A stretch of 64,000 nucleotides of DNA from positions 29,206,848 through 29,270,847 of the forward strand of contig CM120643.1 of the NCBI GenBank assembly GCA_051362555.1, read 5' to 3'. Source of the stretch: Lingula anatina (lineage: Eukaryota; Animalia; Brachiopoda). Below, in pieces: positions 13,796 through 29,500 of the stretch. A model generated the notes under the pieces. The model did no database searches. It was not told where the DNA came from and worked only from the letters and a program-made list of their open reading frames with translations. Made by a program: the position numbers and the translations under genes. The first letter of the stretch is position 1, and each line of letters starts with the position of its first letter.

Positions 13796-15548
13796 TGCAG
13801 CAGTTTTGCTTCTTAGGCAATTAAAAAAAAAAGCACAGACAAGTGATTTAAATTAATGTAAGAGAAATCTAAGCAGATGAAGTAGTTTCTTCATTTTTAA
13901 GTGTGGAGGAAAAATGCTGGTCACGAGCATTTGAACGCTGTCTGAGGCCATTTTCACATTGAGTGGAGTATTTAAATGGAAGGATCCACTTTAATAGACT
14001 GTCCACAATTAAACTTCTTGATGTTTAATTCATAAAGCCCAAGTAAGTGTACACCTTAGTGGATACAGGGGGTTTCAAAAAGTTGAACTTGTACTACAAG
14101 TCTAGTTATCAGTGGGTCAATTCAAATACTGACAGATAACCATTTGTTTTTAACATGTATAACAATATGACAACATATAATACAGGCTGGGTTCAATTTT
14201 GTAGTAGATTTTTAAATAAAAACGTCTAATGCTTCTGAAATGTATTTTTGCACAAACTGGATCAGGATTTTCAAATGAGATTGTACAAAATGGTTGTAGT
14301 ACAATTTGTATTTAATAAATTATTTTTTCCTTTATACATGCTTTGTAGCTTTCTAATTTTATCCAGGGTACACTTGATATGTTGAAAAGGGCATTTTCTG
14401 ATTCCTTACAAAACAAGAGAGTGAAATAATCTCCAAGTTTCTTTTATTACAAATATAATTCTTTCTTACAACAGAAGGCTAATTTTCTTTGGCCATATTA
14501 CCCGTTGATAGATTTCCTTTGCTTCAGTAAATATCATAGTCAAGTCACCATAATTGTCAACTGGGACAAGTCACACAGGAGAACTTGAGACCGAAAGTTG
14601 GTCTTAACTTGAATAAATAATTTGGTCTATTTTGATTCCAGGTAAATAGTCAGTAGTCCACTTGAATAAAGTGACTTTTTGTTAAAAACTGGCACAATAC
14701 AACCTGCAGGCGGGAGACTACTGGATCAAAGCCCACTAAAATTTTGACCAGTTGACAGCAACTTAGGGTCTCTAGGCATTTTGTGAAATCTACCTATACA
14801 TGATCAAAATGACTGAATATACTTGTGGGATATCTGCATGGTTTAGGCACCTCAGAAAGGAGAGCTTTCCACAATGATTAAATTACATTATTGCTTATAA
14901 TAGAGACAAACACAATAACCCCTATATAAATGTCTACATTTCTGAACTGTCTCATAACTGGACTGGAGAAATCTTTCAAAGGGAGACAAATTCTCTGCCT
15001 TACATACAAGCTGTAGCTCAAGCTTCAAAAGCTGTGTGCCAGCTTCCTCATACATTAAAATTTTCTGATATGCTTGCTTATCAGATAATTTGTATACGTG
15101 GAGAATTGACAATGAAGACGCTGGTAAACATCAGAAATGAAGCTCAGGAAAAGTTACCCATGGCTATAGAAAAAAGTTTATCCTTTAAGTAAAAAACAAC
15201 AAAAAAGGATTTTCTTTATCCATAAGCTGACTAATATTGTTCTAGGTAATAACACGATGAATAAATGTCATTCCAAATCAGCACTCTGACTCCAAAATAA
15301 ATAGTAGAGAATGTGTTCACAAACATCACCAGTGTAGTAGTGTCTTGAAGAACAGTTTCTTCACTGTCATTAGATGAAAAGAAAAATTGACACTGCAATC
15401 ATTAAAAAATGTTCAAACTGGGAAACAGAAAAAATAGTTATTTTTACAGAAAAATATGTCTAAAGATGGAGACAGCTGTTCTTGAAGTTTCATTCAAAAC
15501 TCACATTTTGTAAAGTGACCAGAAAATAGGATTAACAATACATAAATA

Positions 15549-15775
15549 ACTTGATAATATTCTATAAAACTTTACTACCAAATATTACTCCAATTACATT
15601 GTCTTGGGTATATAACAAATTAATCAGCGACTAGTTTATACAACAATGAATGAGATATTATAACATCTTGATAATATTCTATAAATCTTATTACCAAATA
15701 TTACTTCAATTACATTGTCTTGGGTATATAATAAATTAATCAGCGACTAGTTTATGGAACAATGAACGAGACATA
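15549..15775. repeat. Tandem duplication, about 117 bp x2
   Basis: cttgataatattctataaa...cagcgactagtttat...caatgaa occurs at about 15550 and about 15667. Confidence 0.85.
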
Positions 15776-16346
15776 ATTGTGCAAAAATATGGGAAATGAA
15801 GTCATCAGCGTGACAAAAGCATAACAAGCCCTGCTTAATATATATAATAAATATTATAAATTATAGACAATGTTGCATATTTGACACCATTTGTCACTGT
15901 CAGCATGAATACTGTGATAAATTTCACAAAAGCTAAATAAGAGCACACAAAATGTGGGAACCATTTCCAAACATGCTGAGTACACAAAAATAAAGCTTCA
16001 GTCCATTTACTGTAATTCTCAATGAAGATGTTATTGCATTTAGAAAAAACCCTGAGCGAAAAATAACAAAGTAAATAAGGAAGTCACATTTGATTACTGC
16101 ACTTCCCTCATTATGAACATCTTCCCCTGTTAAATATCACAATCAACCTGACTTTTTCTTACAAACAGTATTGTCCAGAAGTAACTAATAATAGCACAAC
16201 AGATGAGTGACTTTCAATATCTGACTAGCCCTTGGCATAACCCCCTTCCCCCTTCTAGTAATCTTAGAAAACTTCAGTAAAATAAATCTAGAAATTTGAG
16301 ACTAAATTTTTCTTTCCAATAATTTATTATAATATATTGAGACAGC

Positions 16347-17430
16347 TTAGTACCCTCCTTGGTCTTTGAATATTTTGAGTATCTCCTCGTTATGTGGATT
16401 TTCCTTTCCTAGGAATCCAGGGAGGTTCCTCTCCAGGTAATCCCACACGATGTCTGAGAACATGGCGTTTGCCATCTGGAAATTTAAAAAATCATATTAT
16501 ATTTCTTGTTTAAAGGACCGTTCATATGAAAAATCTATTTTCTATTTGCGGTATCTTGTGATCACTCCGAGTGCAGCCAAGAATTAATTACAGCTTTGGA
16601 AGTAACTGGGTCGCGCTGCCAGTAATTACGCCATGGGGTATTCAGGGCACAGACCGTGATCACAAGATACCGCAAATAGAAAATAGATTTTTAGAAAATA
16701 GACTTTCCATGTGAACGGTCCCCAATTTTATCATATTATTTATACAAAATGTTAAAGGCCCCATTCAGAATAGGGGACTAACTAGTCCAAGAGTCAACTT
16801 GAATACTTCTCCAAAGAATATCTATTCAGTGTCTATTAGCGGATTAGACAGCAAGCTTTGCAGTGGGTCACCATATTTGACCCTCGGACTTGTTAGTCCC
16901 GTATTCTGAATGGGGTTTGGGTGGTGGAAGCCAAGGACTGGTTCTGTAACTTACCAACCACCAGTGCCACATTATATTATGCAGTGTTGCATTAGGTTAT
17001 AATACATTAAATACAGCATTTAATTTACCTGATTTGGGTGGAAGCCATCAACTGGTTCAATCAGTTGCCAGCCAGTGCCAGGACCATGTGTTTTCTCCCA
17101 TTCAACAAACACTAGAATCAGCAATACATTTTACTTTCATCCAAAATATTTATTTATTTATTTATCATTATTATTATTATTATGGTACTATTACAATAAA
17201 TGTTGGGGGACAACTTCAAAAATTTTCAAAAGGTAGATTTTAACCAAATAATTTACAAAAAGATCAGTGGTGTGACTATTTAAAAAATAAATATAAAATT
17301 TCAAAACAATACATCTGTATGAAACATGGTTTCACACACCCACATACAATAATTTAAAACTTATTCTGGCCAATGTGGCAGTCCATGTAACCAATATCGC
17401 ACACACGCAAACACTCACACACACATGCAT

Positions 17431-17466
<36 letters not shown>

Positions 17467-17509
17467 CAGTGACTTACACTAGCCAATGGGACAGTCTATA
17501 TAACCAATA

Positions 17510-17556
<47 letters not shown>

Positions 17557-17598
17557 AGTGACTTACACTAGCCAATGGGACAGTCTATATAACCAATA

Positions 17599-17647
<49 letters not shown>

Positions 17648-19248
17648 AGTGACTTACACTAAATGTTAAAGTATTTGAGTATTGTTATTTTTAGACTTTT
17701 TAATTATTTGTAAAGTGCATTGAAATGTAAAAAACAGAATGCGCTATATAAGAAATAAATATTATTATTATTATTATTACACTAGCCAATGGGACAGTCT
17801 ATATAACCAATATCACACACACACGCACACACACACACACCAGTGACTTACACTGGCCAATGGGACAGTCTATATAACCAATATCAAAGTTGGGGTAAGT
17901 GTGGTTGTATTGCTTGGCCATATCCTTCATCACCTGACTCAGCTCCTTGGCTCTCTGGAGGAAATAAAATCATTTTAACCATAGTTACTTTACATGAACA
18001 TCATTTTAACCTCTACATCTTTTTGGTTTTGTAGTATGGACATGTTAGAACAGTTTTAAAATTGTGATCAGTCAGTCCAAGGGTCCAGTAACAATTTTTA
18101 AGAGCTGCCATTTTTCAGTGCACAGTCCAGCATAAGTTCTTTAGTCAGGCAAGTTTTTATAACCGCCATCCCGAATGTCCAACTGTTGAAACATTTTAAC
18201 ATATCTGCTCATTTACTCATAAAACTATTCCAACTACCCGTAAAACTGAATGCTAGTATTTCTTGCACCGCCATCTTTCCCTTCCTTATAGCCAAATCAG
18301 TGGTGTTGATTTTCACCAGTAGCCACTGACCCAGATGTAGTACTGACAACAAATATCATTGGAGAATATTTTTAGCTTAAGTTCAGCAAAATCTTCTCAA
18401 CTTACCTGAGATGTCAGATCTCTTAATGTGGAGTTGGTGCTCAACCAGCCCTGACATGGTGTCACCTGGAGATATATGTGTAATAGCATTAGTCTCTGCA
18501 GTGTGACAGTGTGTTAGATGTGACAGTGTGTTAGCTATGACAGTGTGTTAGATGTGACAGTGTTGAGTTTCCTTTGTTCGTATCAGTGTCTGTGATGTAA
18601 CGATGTCGTAGCTTATAAAAATGCTGGCTGTTATCATAACTTTTATAACTATGTTGAATAATTATGCTCTCATTGCTGATTGTATCAGATTTAGGAAACA
18701 ATGTCATTGTCAAAAATTGTGTTTGCTTTTGACCTTATTTGTTTGGTTCCTTGCCAGCAAACATGCATGCATATGTTGCTTGCAGGTGCAAGAGAGAGGA
18801 TTACCTCCGGGTCAGCTCCATTACTCAAACACTAACCCCAAAAGAATATTAACAGTATTCACACACATGCACATGTGCACGTGCGTGTATACAGCTTACC
18901 TGTAAACATGAGAACCACTTATAGAGATCTGGATACGTGACATCCTTTTTGTACTGTCCTATAGGGTGGTAACGCTCGTGGAGATATTTGTACAAAAACC
19001 TGCCGTCAGCCATTCCTATCATCAGGAGGTGGCTGCCTTTTGGAAGCTGAGAAGCCTGCAAGTAGAAAGATCATATTAACTGTAATGGTCACTTTAGTAA
19101 GGATATCTCTGAAACAACAGAAAAGATTAGCACGGCATATTTCATTGTTTATTTCAACACTGTACAGACATGATACTACTGTGGTGTCTGTCCTAACCCA
19201 AAATTATTTGATCTTTACACACACACACACACACACACATGCACGCAT

Positions 19249-19292
<44 letters not shown>

Positions 19293-22200
19293 TATATAAA
19301 ACTTTTAACATACACCCAACTTTTAAAATAAAACTTTTGAACAGGTTTTCATATACTTGTATTATATATCACCTCTATTTGTAGATAAATTTTTGTCAAT
19401 ATGAAACTGGTTTATCACAATAGAAGCATGTACATGATTAATATTTTGTATAAAGAAATAAGCAGCTACTGTAATATATCTGATATTATAAATTAAAATA
19501 AAGTTCTAAGTTGGGAAGTCTTAGCTAATTCATTTTACTTACGAGATAGTGCAGTGTGCCGTTAATGTTTTTTTGCATATCTTCAGTTGTTGTCATGTGC
19601 TTTAATGTGTCTGGATAACTGTTTAAAGCAACAAAGTTTATCAAAAATGTTCATAAAGCACAGGTTGGCAATGATTACATGTAAAATGTTTACAAATTAA
19701 AACATTAAAAAAATGGCAAATTGTCAAAGGTCTGGCTCAATACAAACAAAATAACACCAACAACAGCAAACTTTAAAAAAATTAATAATACATAAAGATA
19801 ATGATTGTGAAAATAAAAAAATATTAAATACAAAAGTAAGCCAAGACTAAGGAATGCTCTGGGTATGTTAATTCAAAATAAATACAGTGCACGAAATTTA
19901 AGACAAAAGCAAACCAATATCATGCATCTTTGGCAAAACTTACTGGTTGCAAACGTCGTTCCCTACCAATTCTAATATTACAAGTGCAGGTTGATCTCTC
20001 TGTATATGACGCTTGAATCTGTGGATAAAGAAAGTGAAACATATAACCGCATTACACTTTATTTTACTATTGGAGTATTTGATAAAACCATTCATACAAT
20101 TTTATCTCTCCAATGTCTCTTTTATCAATAAAATATGTGGAAATGCCAAGCACATTTTATTCAAATGATCGTTTATCAATTTAAAAGACTAATCAAACAG
20201 ATAATATGACGGATTCTAATCTAAGCAAAACATGATTAAGATTTCAAACTAAAAAAGACAAATGTTGCTGTAGATCATATTTTTTCTCACCTTTTTTGAT
20301 ATTTTTGAAGATCAAATGAATTAGCACCTAGAATTAATCAAAAATTAAAAACAAATTTCATAAATTTGATGACATATTTTGAAGCCTACTATTTCATTTG
20401 ACTGTACATTTGATTGTTCATTAAAAATAGCAATCAGGTAAAGGAAAGAACGCTTATAAATGTTCAAAATATTAATTTATACTTCCAAATTGCAAATGGA
20501 AGCCTTTTAAGAGAAACTAAAACAACCCAAAATCACAAATAACAGAATATGATAAAGATTAACAAAAAAAGCAAAAGAATTACTAAATATAATTACAGAA
20601 TAAGTAAATACACACATATATAACTGTAAGAGAGATATGGAGCAAGAGAGAGAGGAGAGGAAACAGAGAGAAAGAGAAAGAATCCTAAATAAAGAGAGTT
20701 TCACTTTACCATTGACGGCCAGGTTATTGTAGTCCCTGTGATTGCACCTGTTGCGTAATTTAAGACGGTGATATACAGACCGTGTGGGACCAGATATGAT
20801 AGGCCAGCTGATGTTCTTGTACCCTGAATTCAAGTGATGCATAAGAACATATTTAACAGACTGTGCCAGTGTAGAAGATGTAAAAGTGTGGCAGGTGTGG
20901 TGTGTTGGGTGTGATAGTATTGACACTTGACAGGTGGACAGTGCACTGATGTGCCGGTGTGAAACATGCATCTCAGATGTACCACTGTCTTAGATATGAC
21001 AATGTGTTACATATGACAGTTTGCAGATTGTGACAGTATTTAAGATAAAACAATGAAACAGAATTAAAATGTGCTACGAATCCCAGTGTGTTAGGTGTGA
21101 CACTGGTGACAGTCACAGCAGCATTACAGGAGACAGACTGTCCAAGTGACTTAAGTCACATCACTCACCAGTAGAAGTGAATGTATTTGGTATATTGTGT
21201 TACAGAAGAGAGACTGTCACAATGTCATCACTCATCAGTGGAAATGCTGCTGTATTTGGTATCATATTGTGTTAGATGTGACAGTGTGTTAGAGAAGACA
21301 GACTGCCACGATGTCATCACTCACCAGTGGAAGCAGACAGCTGTGGCCAGTCCCCCTCATTTTCTATCACAAAGCTCAAGTTGGCAAATGTGTCCTTGGT
21401 AATCTCTGAGGGTGTAAACCACTGCGGTGGGGCGTGGAAGTGGGCACCGACCGAGTCTCCTAGTGTAACCACGCCTATACTGCCAGTCTCACTGCAGAAC
21501 TTGTCTTCATACGGCTGTCCTGACTCTGGGTCCACACCCTGGGATTAAAATAAATGTTAAAAGAAAAAAATTTTATAATGACTCAGAATGTTCAACAGGT
21601 GCCAACATGTGTACATAATCTCTGTAACGTTCCTATAAACCCTTAACTTTAGTCTAAAAAAATACAGTGTTTATCTCCAACTTTTAAAGTTATATTTAAA
21701 TTATTTATGTTTTATGATCATTTATACAGTAATATAAACTAATACCTTTGGCAAGTGCAAAAAATAACTTCAAGTTGAGACATCATATAAAAATTTTATA
21801 TCAGATTTACAAATTTATCATATTTCTTACAAAAAAATTTTTACTTATTAAAATATTTAAAAGTAGAAGTTAATTTTATGTATTCAAGTCTAAAACATAT
21901 TTTTTCAGTGCATGAACGGAATTTATCAAAATATCTGTTTTCTGGAATGTTAAAAAAACTTACATATATTCCATTGCAGTTGCTATCTCGCTTTCTGTCA
22001 GAGTCTACTGGCCTGCAAAACACAATGAAAAGGAAATAATTCTATGAGAGTACACATTTTTAAGTCAAACCTATCTTTCAAGGAATGCTTATATCATGGG
22101 AAACAAAAAAAAAAAAAAAAACTCTAGCATTATTTGAATTTTCTACAAACAAGGTAAAAAAATAAGAGAGTATCTGTAGTGGAGATGGGAAGCAGTACCT

Positions 22201-25200
22201 TGCTCCTGGATGATAGTCTGCCACCAGGTCGTGACAGTCTTTGCCTCGCCAAGATGAGCCACGTAGAGTCTGTAAATAAAAATTATATATATTAGTGCAA
22301 ATAGGTTATTCAGAATTTTATAAATTTGGGTAAATTTTCTTGCTTGGCTGAAGAAGATAAAACGTAAAATGCAATTCACACCTGGGCCATTAAAGTATCT
22401 GTAAAGAAGAAAACAATTCTGATATGATCTGAGATAAGAATTTTAATCAAACAAAACAAACATAAATAAATGAATAAATGGAGGTACTTACAGAAATGAT
22501 ACTAAATCCATCCCCATCCAGATCTTCCCCAGGTTGATGTTCATCAAATATCCTATTAATAGAAATCAGACCTAAAATAGCAACGTCACACATGACTGTG
22601 CAAACATGCTGCCAAGCACAGGACCAGACAGACAAACAGAGAAAGAGACACACACACATGTATCATGTATTATTCAATGTTTATCTTTCCAGTAACTGAC
22701 AGTCTGTGGGAGTAGTAGAGGATGAAACCCATGTTACTTGCATTATATCACATACTACACACACACATGTATGCACATACTGATAAACACGCACACAAAC
22801 ACAGTACAAAAGCATGCCCACACCGTCTGCATTTGTCTAATAACCTTTAGTGTCTTGTGCCATTTGAACTTTACCACCTCCCTTTAAATCAAGACAAAAA
22901 AGTCACTCAACAAAATCCACACCAAGACAGCCATATGATATGGGTAACATATATCCAGTTTCACTTTTGTCGTTCATCCACAGGTTGCATACTCAGCTGC
23001 CATTGTCACAGGGGGCTTCTATCAACATACAACTAACAATGGTTCAATAGACAGGTCCATTTACTGACCGTTGTCACTGGGAGCTTCTATCAACATACAC
23101 CACACAATGGGTCAACGGACAGGTCCAGTTTCTGACCCTGGCACAGTTACAAACTCTACTTTTTTGTGCGTATTCCACACACTGACTGAAGAAGTTCTGA
23201 AAGGCTTAGGGTGCTTTCCCAGAGATTTAGATCGATCTAAAGATTAAGATTTAGATCGACCTAACTCCCTGGGGGTTCAGGCTAAATTGCAGTCAGCCAA
23301 GCGGGCACCATAGTTAATTACCCCCTTACAGCTATTAGTTGGCGGGACAGACGTTTAAGACGGCCAAGCTGACAGTAATCTAGTGAGACTCCCCACAGGG
23401 ATAGATCGATCTAAAAATCTATGGAAATGGGGTGTTATAGTGGCCATTTCATCCAAGAAAATAGTACATGATTTGGCACAAAAGTCACAAAAGTCTGACT
23501 TCACTAAAATGTCCATAAATTTGGCTAAGATGGATCCAACAGGCTATAGAAAGTATTAATTTACATACAAACACATTATTTCTAATGTGTACAGGCAAAT
23601 GCACACACACACACACACTTTGGCCTATCAAAGTACACATGGCTATACACAATCCTAACAATACCCTTACAGATCACGAGATACTGACAAGTCTTGGTAC
23701 TGCATTATACCTATATATAGAATGTTTACTAACAATGTTTGTTATCTCTCTCAGTTTTCTCTTTCTCAAGTCAAACTTGAACCCCTTTTCCATTATATTT
23801 ACTTTAAATTGTCATCAGAGGTTTATTGTCAGTAATTATTAATTAACCACAAGCATATTCAGCTCATCTTTGTACAATTCAGTCACCAGTTTAAACACAC
23901 AAACACATGAAAGAAAAATAGAAAGAAAAAGAATGATGACTAACAACTATGAAAAGAATTCTACACATAAATTTATGGAAAGAATTTTGTACACAATGCA
24001 CATATCATCTCATATAAAAGAAAATATTTTATATTCAAAAGATCTATTGGTTTATTTTTCAGATTACCTCTCTAAGTAGTCACAGAGATATTTCAAACCA
24101 GGAAGAGAACAAATATCAAACTTCCTCAGCAAGATGTTTGCCAAATCTTTTTCAAACTGAAAGTAAAAGTACATATGATGTGGTAAGTTAGATATTTCCC
24201 CCACTGAATCTCACAATAAAACTACTGGCATACCTAAACTGCCATTAGACAAGCATATAACTGATTAAATATAATTTTTAAAAAAATCAATTAATTTGGG
24301 CTATAGATTATACGAAGTTATAAAACCATAAATGCTATATTTAAATTGTATAATTCTACAGGCTTTTTAGAATATAGAACATTGTCTTTATCTCAGTTCT
24401 ACAAAGTCAGCACATGTTGCACAGTTAGATGAATGTGCTCTTTTGGGTAAAAGTAACAAAATTAATCAATGTACCGTCTGTATGAGATGTCTTTTCATTC
24501 TTTCCTGTCCTCTCTTTATACCTTTGTGCAGGCCATGCTGTAAGACAACACAAACAAATTATACAGTAATGAAACCAAACATGATAAGAATTGCAGTGGA
24601 CTAAATTTATTTTGGACTCTCACTAATATGCCATTAAAATTTGAGGGTTTCCCATGAATCAAAAGAAAAACTGAATTAAAACAATAAAAAGCAGTGTCAT
24701 GTGTGTACTGGTCAAAAGTACAGAAAAGGAACAAATGAACAATTTTGGAGAATATTTTCAATTTTCACCTTTGTCTTTTTAATGCAGCTAATAAATAATC
24801 TCAAGCTAAATTGAAATATTGTGCTCTAAAACTATCATTTTTTCATTAATACTTTCATTACAAAAATGGCTAAAAATAGTCTGTCATCTGATTTTAGCAG
24901 TTTCAGCTAATCACCTAAGACTTTAGACTGTTCCAAGATACAGGCCACAAGTCACACTAAGTCACTCTTACCTTTGGCTCTGGAAACAGATGACACGTGT
25001 CGCTTCCTTTTTCTGTGTAGCAAAGTTTTAAACTGTGACAGATAACATCTGGTGTCTCGTTGTTCTCAAAACTGGAAAGTTGTAACATGTAAGAGAGTGT
25101 TTTTCTAAAGTTTCCATGTGTCAGTGTTGATTATGATATATAATTCACTTGATATCTCTTACAAAAAAGTCCAATAGGATCCTATAAGATCCTATAGGAT

Positions 25201-26464
25201 TCTACAGGATATCGGCCCAATTTCCTATAGGATCCTATAAGACTTTGTCATTAGGGATAAAATGCAACAAAAATGTGTGGCTTGTGTAAGCAGAGCTATT
25301 ACTTCCTCATAACTTCTTTCATAATTTTTAAAAAGTTTCCATCACACAAATATGTGTCATTTTCCTGGACCAAACACAAGTAATAAGAAACTTAGGGTGT
25401 ATTCCCAGAGATTTAGATCGATCCAGGGATTAAGATTTAGATCGACCTAACTCCCCGGGGGTTCACGCTAAATTGCAGTCAGCCGAGCGCGCACCAAAGT
25501 TAATTACCCCCTTACAGCTTTCAGTAGGCGGGACAGATGCTTAAGCCGGCTAAGCTGACAGTAATCTAGTGAGACTCCCCACAGGGATAGATCGATCTAA
25601 AATCTATGGAAATGGGGTCTTAAACATGAAGAAAATATTTTAAACAAGGCAGCAAAGCTGTCAAATGTACAGACAAAAAACAGAAAATAAAGATGCAAAA
25701 AAAGGTCATTTTGTCAATTTTGATGCAATAATAAATAATGCTTATAATAGCACTGTCAGTCAACACTGAATTTTAATCATGCACAACAGGTAACATGGTC
25801 AATAACAGGACGGGCCCTGAGATATTTTCTGACAGTATTCCAAAGTATCTATGTTGATCCATCCTCCATTTTGATGGTCTTCCAACAGAAAAAAATAGAT
25901 ACCAGTCAATATAAACTTAATAACCTGTCTTCAAGAAGACCCAGAAGATGGTCTCAATCCACCCCTTCAATAAGATTACAGTTTCAGGACCATGAGAGAC
26001 TATAGTCACATGATGAAAGTCTCAATATTTGAAAAATGATGACAGTGCATAAAATAATTTTATATAATGTTTAAAGACATAAAAAACAATACAATTGCTT
26101 ATGTGGAAATACAGAAAATGTGCAGAGCCTCGAGCGGATGAGAGTTAAAAGTCACAAATGCAAGTGTTTGAGAAAAAATTGTAAAGGAAAACCCAACAAA
26201 ACTAGAAAACCACCGAGAGTGCAGACCTCTGCCAAGGCAGCAATTGTTGATTATTGTTGATTATTGAGCCAGACCACCACTAAAAACTAATCATTGTCCT
26301 CTTTGGCCCAATTCTGACAGTTCCTGAAAATTTCAGCAAAATCGGTCCATTACTTTTTGAGTTATGTTGATGACAGACAAACAGGGGTGAAAATATAACC
26401 TCCTAGGCAGAGCCTGAGGTAAATATAATTTCAATGAAGCTGCCATTCAAACTTTTAATCTTTG

Positions 26465-26519
<55 letters not shown>

Positions 26520-29500
26520 ACCTGCATAATTATCACTGCTTCCTTATTATTAATCTAGCAGAGAGCTTAACTTTTGGGAGTTTACAAGGAAATATCAACA
26601 AGTGTGCTTTATGTAATCTCCTTTAATGGCCTATCAATTAGGCAAATTACTTTATAACTCAGAAATTAGCTACGTGATACCCAAGGGATATTAACAGACT
26701 GACCCTCTCAAAGGTCTTTCAGGCCCATAAGTCACATTTTAAGAAAAGCACAAAACAATAATGCACAAAATAGGAGACTACCAATTCTGATGCAATAATA
26801 CATTATGTTTTACTGCACAGTCAACATCAAATTTTAATTATGCACAACAGGTAACAACGACGAAAGTAAAAGCATAAGGCTTCAGGCCCATCAGAGTTCA
26901 AGTTTATACTTAGAAAGTGCCAGAATGAGAAAAATGAAAATTTCACACAAAATTGCATAAATTCAATAATAAATGATAACCCAATTGACCTGGCTTTCTA
27001 ATTTGAACTGCATGCCAATCCTAAAAATCATACTTGTAAGTTAAAAATAATAATAAGTAACACAGTTTTCTTTTCATAATGTTTGCAGTAGCAATGCAAA
27101 AATATTGTTGTCAATTTTGATGTAACATTACATAATAAATTATAGAATAATTATCACCAATCTTTGATTATTGACAATAAATAGCATGGACATGTAGAAA
27201 ATTTGATTACCATTCGGCTTCATGTCCATGGGAGCTCCGAGTCCCACAATGAATATGCCAAAAAGATAAAGAATATTTCACTCAAATGTATAACTTCCAG
27301 AAAAAGAAGCCAATTAGACTGCTTTTCCAACTCATTCTGCATTTTAGTCCTGTCTTTCTTTTTTAAAGGTTTGACAGTCATAACACGGTTTTCCCATAAT
27401 GCTCATCATAGCAGCAGCACCAAAAATTGTGTTTTGATGCAATATTCTATTTTGATGCAATATTACATAATGCTTAACAGCATAATGACCATCAATTTTT
27501 AATAATAGAATATTAGTAACATGGACATTCAGAAAACATGACAAGCAAAGGTCTTCAGGATCATGGAACTTCAAAGTCACACCTTGAAAATGCCAATAAG
27601 TGAAAAATTAAATTTTCACAAAAAACTTTTTAACTGTCAGAAAAAATTACCAAACAGACTGCATTGCCAACTAAAGCTGTATTTTAGACCTATGTTTCTT
27701 TCCTGTAAGTTTGAGAACGGTAATTGACATGATTTTTGTTAAATGGTCATTATGAGAGCAGTGCCCAAAATAGGGGTTTCTTCTAATTTTGATGCAATAT
27801 TACATAATGTTTAACAGCATAATGACCATCAATTTTTAATAATGGAATATTAGTCACATGAACATTCAGAAAACGTGACTAGCAAAGGTCTGCAGGCTCA
27901 TGGAACTTCAAAGTCACACCTTGAAAATGCCAATATGTGAAAAATTAAATTTTCACAAAAAACTGTTTAACTGCCAGAAAAAATTACCAAACAGACTGCA
28001 TTGCCTACTGAAGCTGTATTTTAGCCCCATGTTTCTTTCCTGTAAGTTTGAAAACAGTAAGTGACATGGTTTTTGTAAATGGTCATCATGGGAGCAGTGC
28101 CCAAAATAGGGGTTTCTTCAAATTTTGATGCAATATTACATAATGTTTAACAGCATAATGACCATCAATTTTTAATAATAGAATATTAGTAACATGAACA
28201 TTCAGAAAACGTGACAAGCAAAGGTCTGCAGGCTCATGGAACTTCAAAGTCACACCTTGAAAATGCCAATATGTGACAAATTAAATTTTCACAAAAAACT
28301 GTTTAACTGCCAGAAAAAAATTACCAAACAGACTGCATTGCCTACTGAAGCTGTATTTTAGCCCTATGTTTCTTTCCTGTAAGTTTGAAAACAGTAAGTG
28401 ACATGGTTTTTCTTAAATGGTCATCATGGGAGCAGTGCCCAAAATAGGGGTTTCTTCAAGTTTTGATGCAATATTACATAATGTTTAACAGCATAATGAC
28501 CATCAATTTTAATCATAAAATATTAGTATCATGAATATTCAGAAAATGTGATTAGCAAAGGTGCAGGCTCATGAAACTTCAAAGTCACATCTTAAAAATG
28601 CCAAAATGTAAACAAGACAGCACTGTTCTGAAATGGGTTTATTTCCATTTTTAACATAAAACAAAATAAACAGTTTGTTGCCATTTTTATATGACCAACT
28701 AAGAAAATTGATGAGATGGGAAAAATATCAATAGAACAGTGTTTAATGTCCAATTTCCTCCATTCCGAGATTCTGAACATAGTGGATGATTGAATCTGAC
28801 AAACTGCAATGATGAGTTTATTACCATTTTTGACACTTTATTACACAATACACGATAACAAGTTTACCATCATTTTTACAAAATCAACTAGAGGATCAGA
28901 GAGGCGATACCGCCTCCGAATATTGTACCACCAGCTGGAGCAAGTGCATTCGTATAGACCCCCACATACACAAAAGAAGGGACACAGCCACCAGTCTTAT
29001 GCTTGACAAGCTGTAAAAATGCAATCAACAAGGATTTTCAAAATATGCAAAAAAATAAATATAACTTAAAATGGTACAATCAAAGTTAAGTTCATCGTAA
29101 GGTAGGTCAAAGGTCAATTTCAAGGTCACAGTAAATTGCCAGTATATGACTTCATATTCAACTTTAATGGTAACTATGGACCTATCTCTGCCAGGTTTGG
29201 AGTTAAAAGAGAAAGAAATTTGCAAAGTTCAGTTCATAGTGAAAAGTAGGTCAAAGGTCAATTTCAAGGTCACATTTAGATTGCCAGTATATGACTTTCC
29301 ATGCAAGTTCAATAGAAACTATGGACCTATCTCTGCCAGTTTTGGAGATAAAAGGGAACCAAAATTTGCAAAATTCAATTCATGATAAAAAGTAGGTCAA
29401 AGGTCAATTTCAAGGTCACACTTAGATTGCCAGTATATGACTTTCCATGCAAGTTCAATAGAAACTATGGACCTATCTCTGACTTCCTATTCAAGTTCAA

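Noticed and set aside
13793-13800. Selenocysteine or readthrough at the TGA stops of CTU2, KLHL and ANLN
   Set aside because: The proteins end where homologues end, there is no TGA-CTA readthrough context, and no SECIS-like stem was recognised.
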